From Thermoanaerobaculia bacterium (lineage in GTDB: Bacteria > Acidobacteriota > Thermoanaerobaculia > UBA5066), in the NCBI GenBank assembly GCA_963719225.1, contig CAVRAY010000001.1, forward strand, positions 2,240,001 through 2,304,000: a stretch of 64,000 bases of DNA, written 5' to 3'. Under the pieces are notes generated by a model that did not search any database, was not told where the DNA came from, and worked only from the letters and a program-made list of their open reading frames with translations. Both the position numbers and the translations under genes were made by a program. Each line of letters opens with the position of its first letter. Within the stretch, counting starts at the first letter, position 1. This document shows positions 1 through 9,172 of this stretch, one piece after another.

Positions 1-651
1 GTGAGCGGACTCGCCCGCACGACAGCGACGAACGCGACGCTGTGCACAGCGGCCACGCCCGTCTTCACGATGCTCATTGCCGCGGTTTCCGGACGCGACC
101 GTCCGTCCGTGAGGAGGATGCTGGGAGTTCCGATCGCCCTCGCGGGGCTCCTGACACTCCTGGACGTGGCCCACCTCGACTTCAGCGACCGGACGCTCGT
201 CGGGAATCTCCTGATCCTCTCGAACGCCCTGTCGTACTCGATCTTTCTCGTTCTCTCCCGCGACGTTCTCGCTCGAAGGTCCGCGGCCTCCGTGACGGCC
301 GCGATCTTCCGCTATGCCGCCCTGCCGATCCTCCTACTCGCCGTGGCCGACCTCGGGACGTTCCGGCCGGGCGCGCTGACCGGCCGTGCCTGGATCGGAA
401 TCGCCGGCGTCATCGTCCTTTCGACGATCGTGGCATATGCCCTTAATACGTGGGCTCTCGCGCGGATGACCGCGACGACCGTCGCGATGTTCATGTACGT
501 GCAGCCTCTCGTCGCGATCTCCCTCGCGCGGGCGGTCCTCGGCGAGCGACCGTCGCCTCAGACGGCGGTGGCGGCGGCGCTCATCTTCGCGGGCGTGGCG
601 CTCACGACGTGGCCCGAATCCCTCATGGTCCGTCGGCCGCCCCCGCGATGA
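1..651 (+). CDS. EamA/DMT family transporter (5'-partial, runs off window start)
   Basis: Multiple hydrophobic helices; EamA-like segments (ATPVFTMLIAAVSGRDRP; MFMYVQPLVAISLARAVLGE). Confidence 0.85.
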   Translation: MSGLARTTATNATLCTAATPVFTMLIAAVSGRDRPSVRRMLGVPIALAGLLTLLDVAHLDFSDRTLVGNLLILSNALSYSIFLVLSRDVLARRSAASVTAAIFRYAALPILLLAVADLGTFRPGALTGRAWIGIAGVIVLSTIVAYALNTWALARMTATTVAMFMYVQPLVAISLARAVLGERPSPQTAVAAALIFAGVALTTWPESLMVRRPPPR

Positions 652-1912
652 ACACGGAGTCCTGGGACTGGTTGTCGATGACCGTGGCGTAGGAGAACAG
701 GGGCGCGCCGGACGTCACGACCGCGTACGCGTTTCTCGTCAGGGTCGACGCCGAACCTGCGTTGAGGAAGACGTCGTTCAGCTGGCGGGCTTCATTCGGC
801 GCCAGCGTGAGCGGGATCGGCGCTCCCAGTACCGTTCCCGAGCTTCCGTAAAGGGTGATCGTGGCCGAGACCGCCGAGGAGCCGGGGTTGTAGAGACCCA
901 CGTTCGAGCGGAAGCCCTGCGACAGGTCGCCGCCGCTCGAGCCGAGCCCGACGAGGATCGCGCGCGTGCGCGCGTCGGCCGAGGCCAGCGCCGGGACGGA
1001 CGTCCCCGTCGTCGGCGCGGGGAGCGACGGCGAATACGTACGCGAGAGCACGGTGATCGGGGTGGAAGTGTCGTAGCTCAGCTCGATCGCGCCCGCGGTG
1101 CCCGGATCGCCGAACAGCGTGACGAGCGCGTCCGTGAAATACACGGACTGGCGAGGAAACACCCCGAAAAACCGGTTCGTGGCAGCGCAGGTCTGGGAAG
1201 TGAAGCAGCGGTGGCGCGCGGTGACGCTCGCGTCGAAGAGCGACGAGGAGCCGAGTACCCAGAGGTCCGTCTGGAAGAACGTGCCGTTCTGCCCGTGGAT
1301 CGACGCCGAGGCGGGAATCGTGACTGTCGCTACGGGCGCCACCGAGGGCTCGTCGAAGTAAGCCTGGACAATCCCGCCGGCAGCGACCTTCTCGAGCCGG
1401 ACGGCGACGAGAGCGCTCGCCATACCCGGGGGAACGACCCCCGTGCCAATGCCGAAGTCGATCCATGCGTCGAAACCGGACGTGATCGACCCGGTGCCGT
1501 TTCCGAATCCCGCGAGCGCGGTTCCTCCGCAGGAAGGGACGGAGTAGTAATTGAGAATCCCCTGGGCCCGAGCCGTGCTCGACTGACCCGCCGGGACTCG
1601 AACGCGGACGCGAAACACCACCGTGGCGCCGGGGACGACGGCGACGCACTGCGTCAGCCCTCCGGAGAAGCCGGCGACGCCGGAGGAATTCGTGAGGAGT
1701 GCCGAGCCGGACGCGGCCGAGCCGCCGATGTCGAGGGGGGACCAGCCCGCCGAGACGCCCGACTCCAGCGTCCACCCGGCGAGGTTCGTGGCAAAGCCCG
1801 GGTTCACGAAAAGGTTCTGCGCGGCCGCCGAACCCGCGCCGAGGACGAAGACGAGAAGCCAGGCCGGTCGCGATGACGTTGCGCGCATGACATCGACTCC
1901 TTTGATGTTCAC
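623..1912 (-). CDS. Secreted protein with N-terminal carbohydrate-binding-like beta-sandwich and uncharacterised C-terminal domain (start 1912 or ATG about 1888)
   Basis: Signal peptide (AWLLVFVLGAGSAAA|QNLFVNPGF); NLxxNPGF..W CBM-like start; C-terminal GFRSNVGLYNP...YATVIDNQSQD region. Confidence 0.7.
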   Translation of the reverse strand: MNIKGVDVMRATSSRPAWLLVFVLGAGSAAAQNLFVNPGFATNLAGWTLESGVSAGWSPLDIGGSAASGSALLTNSSGVAGFSGGLTQCVAVVPGATVVFRVRVRVPAGQSSTARAQGILNYYSVPSCGGTALAGFGNGTGSITSGFDAWIDFGIGTGVVPPGMASALVAVRLEKVAAGGIVQAYFDEPSVAPVATVTIPASASIHGQNGTFFQTDLWVLGSSSLFDASVTARHRCFTSQTCAATNRFFGVFPRQSVYFTDALVTLFGDPGTAGAIELSYDTSTPITVLSRTYSPSLPAPTTGTSVPALASADARTRAILVGLGSSGGDLSQGFRSNVGLYNPGSSAVSATITLYGSSGTVLGAPIPLTLAPNEARQLNDVFLNAGSASTLTRNAYAVVTSGAPLFSYATVIDNQSQDSVFIAGAADGP

Positions 1913-1928
1913 GTTTCCCGGATGCCGT

Positions 1929-3581
1929 TCACAGAGGCGCGGGACGCCCGAGCAGGTAACCCTGCCCGTACGTCACGCCGAGACGCTCGACCTCGGCCTT
2001 TTCCGCCTCGGTCTCGATGCCTTCCGCCACGGTCTCCGCGTCGATGCGCGCGGCGAGCCGGACGAGCATCTCGACGACGTCCCGCTTGATCGAGTCCTCG
2101 TGAAGGCCCGTCACGAGGTAGTTCGAGATCTTGAGGTACTGGGGACGGAGCTCCGCGATGGACTGGAGCGACGCGTAGCCGGAGCCCGCGTCGTCGATCG
2201 CGATGCGGAAACCGAGCTCGCGAAGCACCCGCACGCTCTCGCGGAAGAGGTCGTAGTCGCGGATGGCGGCCCGCTCCGTGATCTCGAGAACGACGCCGCT
2301 CTGGATCGCGAGGAGCGGCTGGAGCACCTCGTGGCCGCGCGACTTCAGCGCGTGAATGAGCTCGGTCTCCACGTTCACGAAAAGCATGCCGGGCCGTTTC
2401 CCGACGAAGCGCTCGGCCGAGAACTGCATGCAGATCTTCTCGAGGCTCCAGACCTGGTCTGATTTGAGCGCGTAGTCGAAGAGCATCTCGGGGTTCTCGA
2501 AGGGCGAGTCGGCGGGCCCCCGCGAGAGAGCTTCGTGCGCGAAGATGGCGCCGCTCTTGAGGTCCACGATCGGTTGATAGAGGGTCTCGATCTGGCGGTG
2601 CACGAGCACGTCCTTGAACTGCTCCCTCAGCAGGGCCGCCCGCTCCCCTTCCTTCGTCGAGGCGACGGAGATCGCCTCGCGGAGAGCGCGGTAGACGAGC
2701 CGCTCGAGGCGGACCTGCGGGCTGTAGAGCAGCTTCGCGTAGCCGACGTACAGGCCGATCTTCCTCTGGATGCGGTGCTCGAATTTCTCGCTCAGCGTCT
2801 CGCGCAGCGACTCCTCGATCTGGCGCGCCTTGCGCTGGAGGCGCTCCAGGATCTCGTCGCCCCTGAGGCCGGGCGGCACCGAAAGGAACACGTAGAACTC
2901 GGACCCCGAGGGTCGGTTGATCGCAATGAGGTCTTCCGTGGAGAACAGCGTTCCGAGGAGCCGCTTCAGGGCCTTCGCGGCTTCCCTCAGGACGTCGTCG
3001 AAGACCTCCCAGCCATAGTAGTCCTCGATGTGGGCGTATTTCTCGAAGTCGATGAACAGCACGCCCACCTCGTGATCGACGAGTAGCCATTCGCGGAGCG
3101 CGTCGACGATGACTGGAATCGTCGGGAGGCCCGACACCGTGTCGAAGAGCAGGTTGCGTGTCCGCGCGTCTCCCGTGTCCCTCGGCATGAACGCCGATCG
3201 CGGGCCCTCCCCCGGCTCGAGGAGGCGCTCCACCGTCTCGAGCAGATGGCGCTTCGTGAACGGCTTGGTGATGTAGTCGTTGGCGCCGACCTGCATTCCC
3301 GTGATCAGGTCCTTGATCTCGGACTTCACCGTGAGCATTACGATCGGGATCGAGGACGTCTCGGGCAGGTTCTTCAGCGTCGCGCAGACCTCCCAGCCCG
3401 ACATCTGCGGCATCGTGACGTCCAGGAGGATCACGTCCGGCTGGATCGCGGCCGCCTGCTCGATCCCTTCCCGGCCGTTGCGCGCGAGGATGGGAGCGTA
3501 GCCGGCGTTCGTGAGGAGCGTCTGGACGATGAGGAGGATGTCCTCGTCGTCGTCGACGATCAGGATCTTTCGTTCGTTCAC
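1929..3581 (-). CDS. Response regulator receiver + degenerate GGDEF + EAL domain protein (probable c-di-GMP phosphodiesterase)
   Basis: REC (ILIVDDD, LLDVTMP, YITKPF); GGDEF position reads SGSEF; EAL domain (YQPIVD, HEALSRG, LEITE, IAIDDAGSGYAS, VAEGIE, GQGYLLGRP). Confidence 0.9.
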   Translation of the reverse strand: MNERKILIVDDDEDILLIVQTLLTNAGYAPILARNGREGIEQAAAIQPDVILLDVTMPQMSGWEVCATLKNLPETSSIPIVMLTVKSEIKDLITGMQVGANDYITKPFTKRHLLETVERLLEPGEGPRSAFMPRDTGDARTRNLLFDTVSGLPTIPVIVDALREWLLVDHEVGVLFIDFEKYAHIEDYYGWEVFDDVLREAAKALKRLLGTLFSTEDLIAINRPSGSEFYVFLSVPPGLRGDEILERLQRKARQIEESLRETLSEKFEHRIQRKIGLYVGYAKLLYSPQVRLERLVYRALREAISVASTKEGERAALLREQFKDVLVHRQIETLYQPIVDLKSGAIFAHEALSRGPADSPFENPEMLFDYALKSDQVWSLEKICMQFSAERFVGKRPGMLFVNVETELIHALKSRGHEVLQPLLAIQSGVVLEITERAAIRDYDLFRESVRVLRELGFRIAIDDAGSGYASLQSIAELRPQYLKISNYLVTGLHEDSIKRDVVEMLVRLAARIDAETVAEGIETEAEKAEVERLGVTYGQGYLLGRPAPL

Positions 3582-3606
3582 GACACTCCGATCTTAAACG
3601 GACGCC

Positions 3607-3933
3607 TCAAAACTCCACGTCACAGGCCGCGAGGTCCGCCGGCGACGGGGGCGCGGCCAGAGTCTCGGCGTCGACGCGGCTCACGCGCGAAAGGCTCGGC
3701 CCCTCCCCGAGGGCCGCCTCCAGGCGGTCCAGCGCGTGGACGGCACCGGATGCGATGACCTCCACCCTCCCGTCGTCGAGGTTCCGCGCGCCCCCCCGGA
3801 GATTCAGCGCCCGGCCCGCGCGCGCCGCGAACGCGCGATATCCCACACCCTGCACGCGTCCCGAAACCCTCCAGCGGCGCACGGCCGCGAGCCAGCCGCC
3901 CGAATCGTCAACTCCGGGATCCTGGCCCTTCAT
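3607..3933 (-). CDS. acyP: Acylphosphatase
   Basis: VSGRVQGVGYR signature, NLDDGRVEV. Confidence 0.9.
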   Translation of the reverse strand: MKGQDPGVDDSGGWLAAVRRWRVSGRVQGVGYRAFAARAGRALNLRGGARNLDDGRVEVIASGAVHALDRLEAALGEGPSLSRVSRVDAETLAAPPSPADLAACDVEF

Positions 3934-4634
3934 CGCGAGATCCGCTCGGTTCCGACGGGGGAAAAGCCGAAACGTCCGACGAGCGGGACATAGGCGACCT
4001 CGCCGGCGTCCTCCGCGCGCGTCCGCCCGTTCGGCAGCTTGCGGACGACGAGGAGCCTCTGGCGGGCGGCGGGACCCACCGGGATGACGAGCCGTCCGCC
4101 CGGCGCGAGCTGCGCGACGAACGGCTCCGGCACGTCCGGCGCGGCCGCCGCGACGACGATCGCGTCGTACGGAGCATGCTCGCTCCAGCCGTAAGAGCCG
4201 TCGAAGATCTTGATCGACACGTTCGCGATGCCGAGAGCCTTCAGGAGATGCACCGCTCCATTCCCCAGCGCCGCGATGCGCTCGAGCGAGAAGACCCAGC
4301 GGGCGAGGCGGGCGAGAACGGCGGCCTGGTAACCGGAGCCTGTTCCGATCTCGAGGACGCGCGAGGCCGGCGTCAGGGCCGCGAGCTCCGCCGTGCGCGC
4401 CACGTTCGCGGCCTGCGTGATCGTCTGTGCGTGGCCGATCGGCAGGGCGTGGTCGCCGTAGGCTTCGCCCCGCAGCGCAGCCGGAACGAAGAGGTGGCGC
4501 GGGACGGATCCCATCGCCTCCGCGACGCGCGGGTCCCGGCAGAGCCCGGCCGCCTTGAGTCGCTCCACGAGCGCCCGGCGGGCGCCCGCGCCGGCGCGCG
4601 CGGCGCGCTCCACGTCCCGGTCGGCCGGCTTCAC
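3930..4634 (-). CDS. pcm: Protein-L-isoaspartate O-methyltransferase
   Basis: VPRHLFVP, VLEIGTGSGYQAA, APYDAIVVAAA, GGRLVIPVG, YVPLVG; canonical surE-pcm synteny. Confidence 0.95.
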   Translation of the reverse strand: MKPADRDVERAARAGAGARRALVERLKAAGLCRDPRVAEAMGSVPRHLFVPAALRGEAYGDHALPIGHAQTITQAANVARTAELAALTPASRVLEIGTGSGYQAAVLARLARWVFSLERIAALGNGAVHLLKALGIANVSIKIFDGSYGWSEHAPYDAIVVAAAAPDVPEPFVAQLAPGGRLVIPVGPAARQRLLVVRKLPNGRTRAEDAGEVAYVPLVGRFGFSPVGTERISR

Positions 4635-4643
4635 GTCATGATC

Positions 4644-5414
4644 CTAGCCCGCACGCTGCGAAGCGATCTTCTCGGCGAGACCCTCGAGATCGGCCAGCGC
4701 GCGGTAATCCGTCATGTCCATGTGCAGCGGCGTCACGGATACCCACCCTTCTGCCACGGCGAGGAGATCCGTTCCCTCGGCCTTCGTGTCCACGAAAGTC
4801 CCGCCGATCCAGTAGTAGGGGCGGCCGCGGGGGTCGATCTTCTCGACGATGTTCTCTCCGTAGCGCCGGCGTCCCATGCGCGTGGAACGAAAGCCCTTCG
4901 GCTTTCCCGCCGGAACGTTGACGTTCCACAAGGTGTCCGCCGCGGGCGGATGGTCCTTCGCCCACGAGATGATCTCGGCCGCGGCCTTCTCGGCCTCCGT
5001 GAAGTCGATCGCGCCGACCGCGTCCCGCGCGTAGTCCAGCGAGAACGCGATCGAGGGAACCCCGAGCAGCGTGCCCTCGAACGCGCACGCCACGGTTCCG
5101 GAATACGTCACGTCGTCGCCGAGGTTCGGCCCGGCGTTCACGCCCGCGAACACGAAGTCGGGCGGATTCGCCTTCAGGACCGAGCAGAGGGCGATGTTGA
5201 CCGAGTCCGTGGGCGTTCCGTCGACGACCCAGGTCCTCTCGCCGGTCTTCAGCACCCGAAGGGGGCGGTGCATCGTGAGCGAGTGCGCCGACGCGCTCTG
5301 CTCGCGGTCGGGAGCCACGATGTACGTCTCGAACCCGGCCCCGCGCGCGGCGCGCTCGAGCGCGGCGATGCCCGGGCTGTGGACCCCGTCGTCGTTGGAG
5401 ATGAGAGCCCTCAC
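4644..5414 (-). CDS. surE: 5'/3'-nucleotidase SurE (true start GTG at 5414, overlapping the upstream stop)
   Basis: LISNDDG, VAPDREQS, GTPTD, GVNAGPNLGDDVTYSGTV, VSVTPL motifs. Confidence 0.95.
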   Translation of the reverse strand: MRALISNDDGVHSPGIAALERAARGAGFETYIVAPDREQSASAHSLTMHRPLRVLKTGERTWVVDGTPTDSVNIALCSVLKANPPDFVFAGVNAGPNLGDDVTYSGTVACAFEGTLLGVPSIAFSLDYARDAVGAIDFTEAEKAAAEIISWAKDHPPAADTLWNVNVPAGKPKGFRSTRMGRRRYGENIVEKIDPRGRPYYWIGGTFVDTKAEGTDLLAVAEGWVSVTPLHMDMTDYRALADLEGLAEKIASQRAG

Positions 5415-5833
5415 CCGGGCCCCGTGTAGACGACCTTGTTCCGCTCGGTCTCGTGCAGCTCCACGCGGACGAGCCTGCCGGGAGCGAAGGCGGGTTGGAG
5501 CACGTCCCAGATGCGGATCGCGATGTTCTCCGCGGTCGGATTCACCCCCGCGAGGAACGGGACGTCCACGTTCAGGTTCTTCCGGTCGCAGGCCCTCACG
5601 ACGCGCTCGTTCACGACGCGTTTCACCACGCCGAAGTCCATCACCCAGCCCGTCAACGGATCGACCGGCCCCTCCACCGTGACGTCGAGCCCGTAGGTGT
5701 GCCCGTGAGAGTGCGGGTTGTTGCACTTGTCGAAGACGCGGCGGTTCCACTCGGCGTCCTTGGAATCGTTGTGCAGCCTGTGCGCCGCCGAGAAATGCGC
5801 GCGCGTCGTGATGCGCACGGACGGTTCGCTCAC
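5411..5833 (-). CDS. 6-pyruvoyl-tetrahydropterin synthase / QueD superfamily protein (C-X5-HGH, PTPS-II type motif)
   Basis: FSAAHRL, CNNPHSHGH, GWVMDFG, NPTAENIA, LHETE; GTG start at 5833. Confidence 0.9.
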   Translation of the reverse strand: MSEPSVRITTRAHFSAAHRLHNDSKDAEWNRRVFDKCNNPHSHGHTYGLDVTVEGPVDPLTGWVMDFGVVKRVVNERVVRACDRKNLNVDVPFLAGVNPTAENIAIRIWDVLQPAFAPGRLVRVELHETERNKVVYTGPG

Positions 5834-6234
5834 CGTGCCCACCTCCGTCGCGCGTTCTCCCAGAGCGAGAGACGGCGGAAGAGCTCGATGGGCGTCGTCT
5901 CGACGTAGACCGTCTGGGAGTACGCGATGCTCCGCGCCCTCTGCCCTTCCCGGCAGGCGTGCTCGGCGGCCTCCGTGGGCGTGCACGGCTTGAAGTCGAA
6001 CACCGGGGTTCCGTCAATCACGTCGCCGACCATGACGGCGAGGGCCGTCACCCCGAGAAGAGTCAGGCAGGACGTCAGCTCCGCCTTCCCCGTCGCGTGG
6101 CTCGCGATCTCGGCCTCGCCGCCGGCGGCTTCGAACCCCGCGGGAACGAACCAGCGCACGGAGAACGCGAGCGGATCCCCGCCGTACCCGCTCCTCAGGT
6201 AGATTCGCTGCGCGTTCTCGGGAGCGGGTCGCAT
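5830..6234 (-). CDS. Hypothetical protein (134 aa), first gene of the PTPS-surE-pcm operon
   Basis: ATG at 6234; stop overlaps the PTPS start (GTGA); non-shadow composition; contains DGTPVFDFKP. Confidence 0.6.
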   Translation of the reverse strand: MRPAPENAQRIYLRSGYGGDPLAFSVRWFVPAGFEAAGGEAEIASHATGKAELTSCLTLLGVTALAVMVGDVIDGTPVFDFKPCTPTEAAEHACREGQRARSIAYSQTVYVETTPIELFRRLSLWENARRRWAR

Positions 6235-6318
6235 AGGGGCGAGTTTAGAGAAGTCTGCCGCCGTCCGCACGGGAGCCCGAGGGCATGAAGTAGCCTTGCC
6301 AAAGTCGGAGAGCCGGTC

Positions 6319-7680
6319 GTGACAGCCCTGAGACTCTTCCGCAGCAGCCGCGTCGTCACGCCCGGGGGCGTCGAGCCGGCGTCCGTTCGCGTGCGGGACG
6401 GCGTCATCATCGCCGTCGGCGGCCACGAGGCGGCGCCGGACGGTGCGGACGTCCACGACTTCGCGGACGCGGTCCTGATGCCGGGAGTCGTCGACAGCCA
6501 CGTCCACGTCAACGAGCCCGGCCGCACGGAGTGGGAAGGCTTCGAGACGGCGACCCGCGCCGCGGCGGCGGGCGGCGTCACGACCATCGGCGACATGCCG
6601 CTGAACAGCGTTCCGGCCACGACGAACGCGGACGCGGTGGCGGTGAAATCCGGCGCCGCCAACGGCAAGGCGGCGGTCGATTACGTCCTCTGGGGCGGTC
6701 TCGTGCCCGCGAACGCGCGGCGGCCGGAGGTGCTCGACGCCCTCCTTTCGGCCGGCGTTCCGGGATGCAAGTGCTTTCTCGTCCCCTCCGGTGTCGACGA
6801 ATTCCCGAACGTCACGGCGGCCGACCTCGAGGCGGCGATGCCCCGCCTCGCGCAGAGAGGCTCGGTCCTCCTCGTTCACGCCGAGCTGCCGGGGCCCATC
6901 GAAGCCGCCTCCGCGTCCGGAGATCCGCGTTCTCATGCGACGTGGCTCGCCTCCCGCCCGCGCGCTTCCGAGAACGAGGCCGTGGCCCTCATGATCGACC
7001 TCGCCGAGCGCACCGGCTGCCGCGTCCACATCGTCCACCTGTCCTCGGCCGACGCCCTCTCTGCGTTGCGCGCGGCACGCCGCCGCGGGGTTCCGGTCAC
7101 GGTGGAAACGTGCCCTCACTACCTGACGTTCGCCGCGGAGGAGATCGGCGACGGCCGGACGGAATTCAAGTGCGCGCCGCCGATCCGCGAGCGCGAGAAC
7201 CGCGAGCGCCTCTGGGAAGGCCTGCGAGACGGCACGATCGACATGGTGGTCTCCGACCACTCGCCGTGCGCCCCCGAGCTGAAGGCGCGGGAAAGCGGGG
7301 ACTACCTCGCGGCCTGGGGCGGCATCTCGTCTCTTCAGCTCGCGCTGCCCGCTCTCTGGACCGCGGCGCGCGCGCGGAGCTTCACGCTTTCCGACGTCGC
7401 CGAATGGATGTGCCGCCGCCCCGCGTCGCTTCTCGGCCTCGAAAACCGAAGGGGATCGATCGCGCCGGGCCGCGATGCGGACTTCGTCGTTTGGTATCCT
7501 GAACGCGAGTTTTCCGTGGAACCCGCTCTCCTTCGCCACCGGCACACGGTGACGCCCTATGCGGGGCGCGCCCTTTTCGGCGTCGTCGAGAGAACCTTCC
7601 TTCGTGGAGAGGTCGCGTTCGACCGCGGCACGTTCGCCGGCACTCCGTCCGGGCGTTGGCTCCGGCCCGGCCGGCCCTGA
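6319..7680 (+). CDS. allB: Allantoinase (amidohydrolase)
   Basis: DSHVHVNEPGRTEWEGF, AAAGGVTT..DMPLN, HAE, ETCPHYL, FKCAPPIR, SDHSP, WGGISSLQL. Confidence 0.95.
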   Translation: MTALRLFRSSRVVTPGGVEPASVRVRDGVIIAVGGHEAAPDGADVHDFADAVLMPGVVDSHVHVNEPGRTEWEGFETATRAAAAGGVTTIGDMPLNSVPATTNADAVAVKSGAANGKAAVDYVLWGGLVPANARRPEVLDALLSAGVPGCKCFLVPSGVDEFPNVTAADLEAAMPRLAQRGSVLLVHAELPGPIEAASASGDPRSHATWLASRPRASENEAVALMIDLAERTGCRVHIVHLSSADALSALRAARRRGVPVTVETCPHYLTFAAEEIGDGRTEFKCAPPIRERENRERLWEGLRDGTIDMVVSDHSPCAPELKARESGDYLAAWGGISSLQLALPALWTAARARSFTLSDVAEWMCRRPASLLGLENRRGSIAPGRDADFVVWYPEREFSVEPALLRHRHTVTPYAGRALFGVVERTFLRGEVAFDRGTFAGTPSGRWLRPGRP

Positions 7681-7681
7681 C

Positions 7682-9172
7682 GTGGCGCGTTTCACGGAGC
7701 TCGTCGACCTCGCTTCTTCGCGCGTCGGCGGAGCCGTCCTTTTCGCGAACGACGATTTCTTCGCGCCGAAGGAGAACCTCCTCGAGCCGGAAGCGCCCGT
7801 CTTCCTGCCCGACCGTTACACGGACCGCGGCAAGTGGATGGACGGCTGGGAGAGCCGGCGACGGCGCACGCCGGGCCACGATTTCTGCGTCGTCAGGCTC
7901 GGCCTGAGAGGCGTCGTCCATGGAGTGGACGTGGACACGAGCCACTTCACGGGCAACTTTCCGGAGGCGGCGTCGCTCGACGCGACCGACGCGCCGGAAG
8001 GGACGCCGCTCGAGGAGCTCGGGAGCGGAGACGTTCCCTGGATCGAGATCCTCCCCCGCTCGGCCCTCCGGGGAGACACCCGAAACCTGCTTCCCGTCTC
8101 GAGCCGAAGGCCGTTTTCACACGTGCGCCTCGCCATCCATCCCGACGGCGGCGTGGCGCGCCTTCGTGTGCACGGCGAAGTCGTGCCCGACTGGAAGACG
8201 CTCTCGGCCCGGAGAGAGGCCGTCGACCTCTGCGCGCTCGAAAACGGGGGGCTCGTTCTCGCTTCGAGCGACAGCTTCTTCGGCTCGCACCAGAGCCTCC
8301 TGATGCCGGGACCCGCTTCCGGAATGAAGGACGGGTGGGAGACGAAGCGTAGCCGCCGGCCGGGTTTCGACTGGGTCGTCGTCCGGCTCGGGACGCGGGG
8401 CAGCATCGCTCGCGCCGTCGTGGACACGAGTCACTTCAAAGGCAACTTCCCCGATCGCGCCTCGCTCGAGATCTGCGACGCTCCCCTGGCGACCGTCGAG
8501 ACGCTGGCCGATTCGAAAAGCGTCTGGCAGCCCGTGCTGCCGGAGACGCCGCTCGCCGCCGACACCGTGCACTCCTTCGAGAAGGAGCTCTTTCCGCACG
8601 CGCCGGGCACCCACGTTCGCCTGCGCATCTACCCCGACGGCGGCGTGAGCCGGCTGCGTCTCTACGGCGCCCCGCGGCTTCCAGAGGCGGTCGCGCGATT
8701 GAACGCCGCATCTCGCGAGGACGTCCTCACAAAGCTAGCCTCGTTCTGCGGGTCGCGGCGCTTTTCTTCGAAGGTGGAAGAAGGAAGACCCTATTGGAGT
8801 TACCTCGAGCTACTGCGGGCCGTCGATTCCGCCTTCGAAGAACTCCTCCCGGAGGACTGGCTCGAGGCGTTTCGCGCCCACCCCCGCATCGGCGACCGGG
8901 GCGCCGCGGGGAGCGCGGCGTCGGAGCAGGCCGCGGCGCTCGTGGCGGCGCCCGCGGTCCTCGAGCGCCTCCGACTCGCTAACGCGGAATACGAGAAGCG
9001 GTTCGGCCATCTTTTCATCGTCTGCGCCTCGGGCCGGCCGGCCGACGCGCTCCTCGCGAACCTCGAGGAGCGGCTCGCGAATCCTCCCCCGGTCGAGCTC
9101 GGAATCGCGGCGGAAGAACAGCGGAAGATCACGCGGCTGAGAGTCGAGAAGTTTCTCGCGGAGGGCGCATGA
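7682..9172 (+). CDS. alc: Bifunctional allantoicase / OHCU decarboxylase fusion
   Basis: Two allantoicase repeats (ANDDFFA, DGWESRRRR, HFTGNFP, PDGGVARLRVHG; DGWETKRSR, PDGGVSRLRLYG) plus C-terminal UraD domain (AHPRIG, SEQ, NAEYEKRFG.FIVCA, EQRKITRLR). Confidence 0.9.
   Translation: MARFTELVDLASSRVGGAVLFANDDFFAPKENLLEPEAPVFLPDRYTDRGKWMDGWESRRRRTPGHDFCVVRLGLRGVVHGVDVDTSHFTGNFPEAASLDATDAPEGTPLEELGSGDVPWIEILPRSALRGDTRNLLPVSSRRPFSHVRLAIHPDGGVARLRVHGEVVPDWKTLSARREAVDLCALENGGLVLASSDSFFGSHQSLLMPGPASGMKDGWETKRSRRPGFDWVVVRLGTRGSIARAVVDTSHFKGNFPDRASLEICDAPLATVETLADSKSVWQPVLPETPLAADTVHSFEKELFPHAPGTHVRLRIYPDGGVSRLRLYGAPRLPEAVARLNAASREDVLTKLASFCGSRRFSSKVEEGRPYWSYLELLRAVDSAFEELLPEDWLEAFRAHPRIGDRGAAGSAASEQAAALVAAPAVLERLRLANAEYEKRFGHLFIVCASGRPADALLANLEERLANPPPVELGIAAEEQRKITRLRVEKFLAEGA
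8755..8850. repeat. Outward-facing pair of TTCGAAGAA motifs inside alc-uraD
   Basis: TTCTTCGAA at 8764-8772 (minus copy) and TTCGAAGAA at 8834-8842 (plus copy). Confidence 0.55.

Noticed and set aside
4644-7695. Extended ORFs 4644-6017 and 5830-7695
   Set aside because: Only the 3' parts are real (surE; 134-aa ORF); the rest are alternate-frame or antisense shadows of PTPS and allB.
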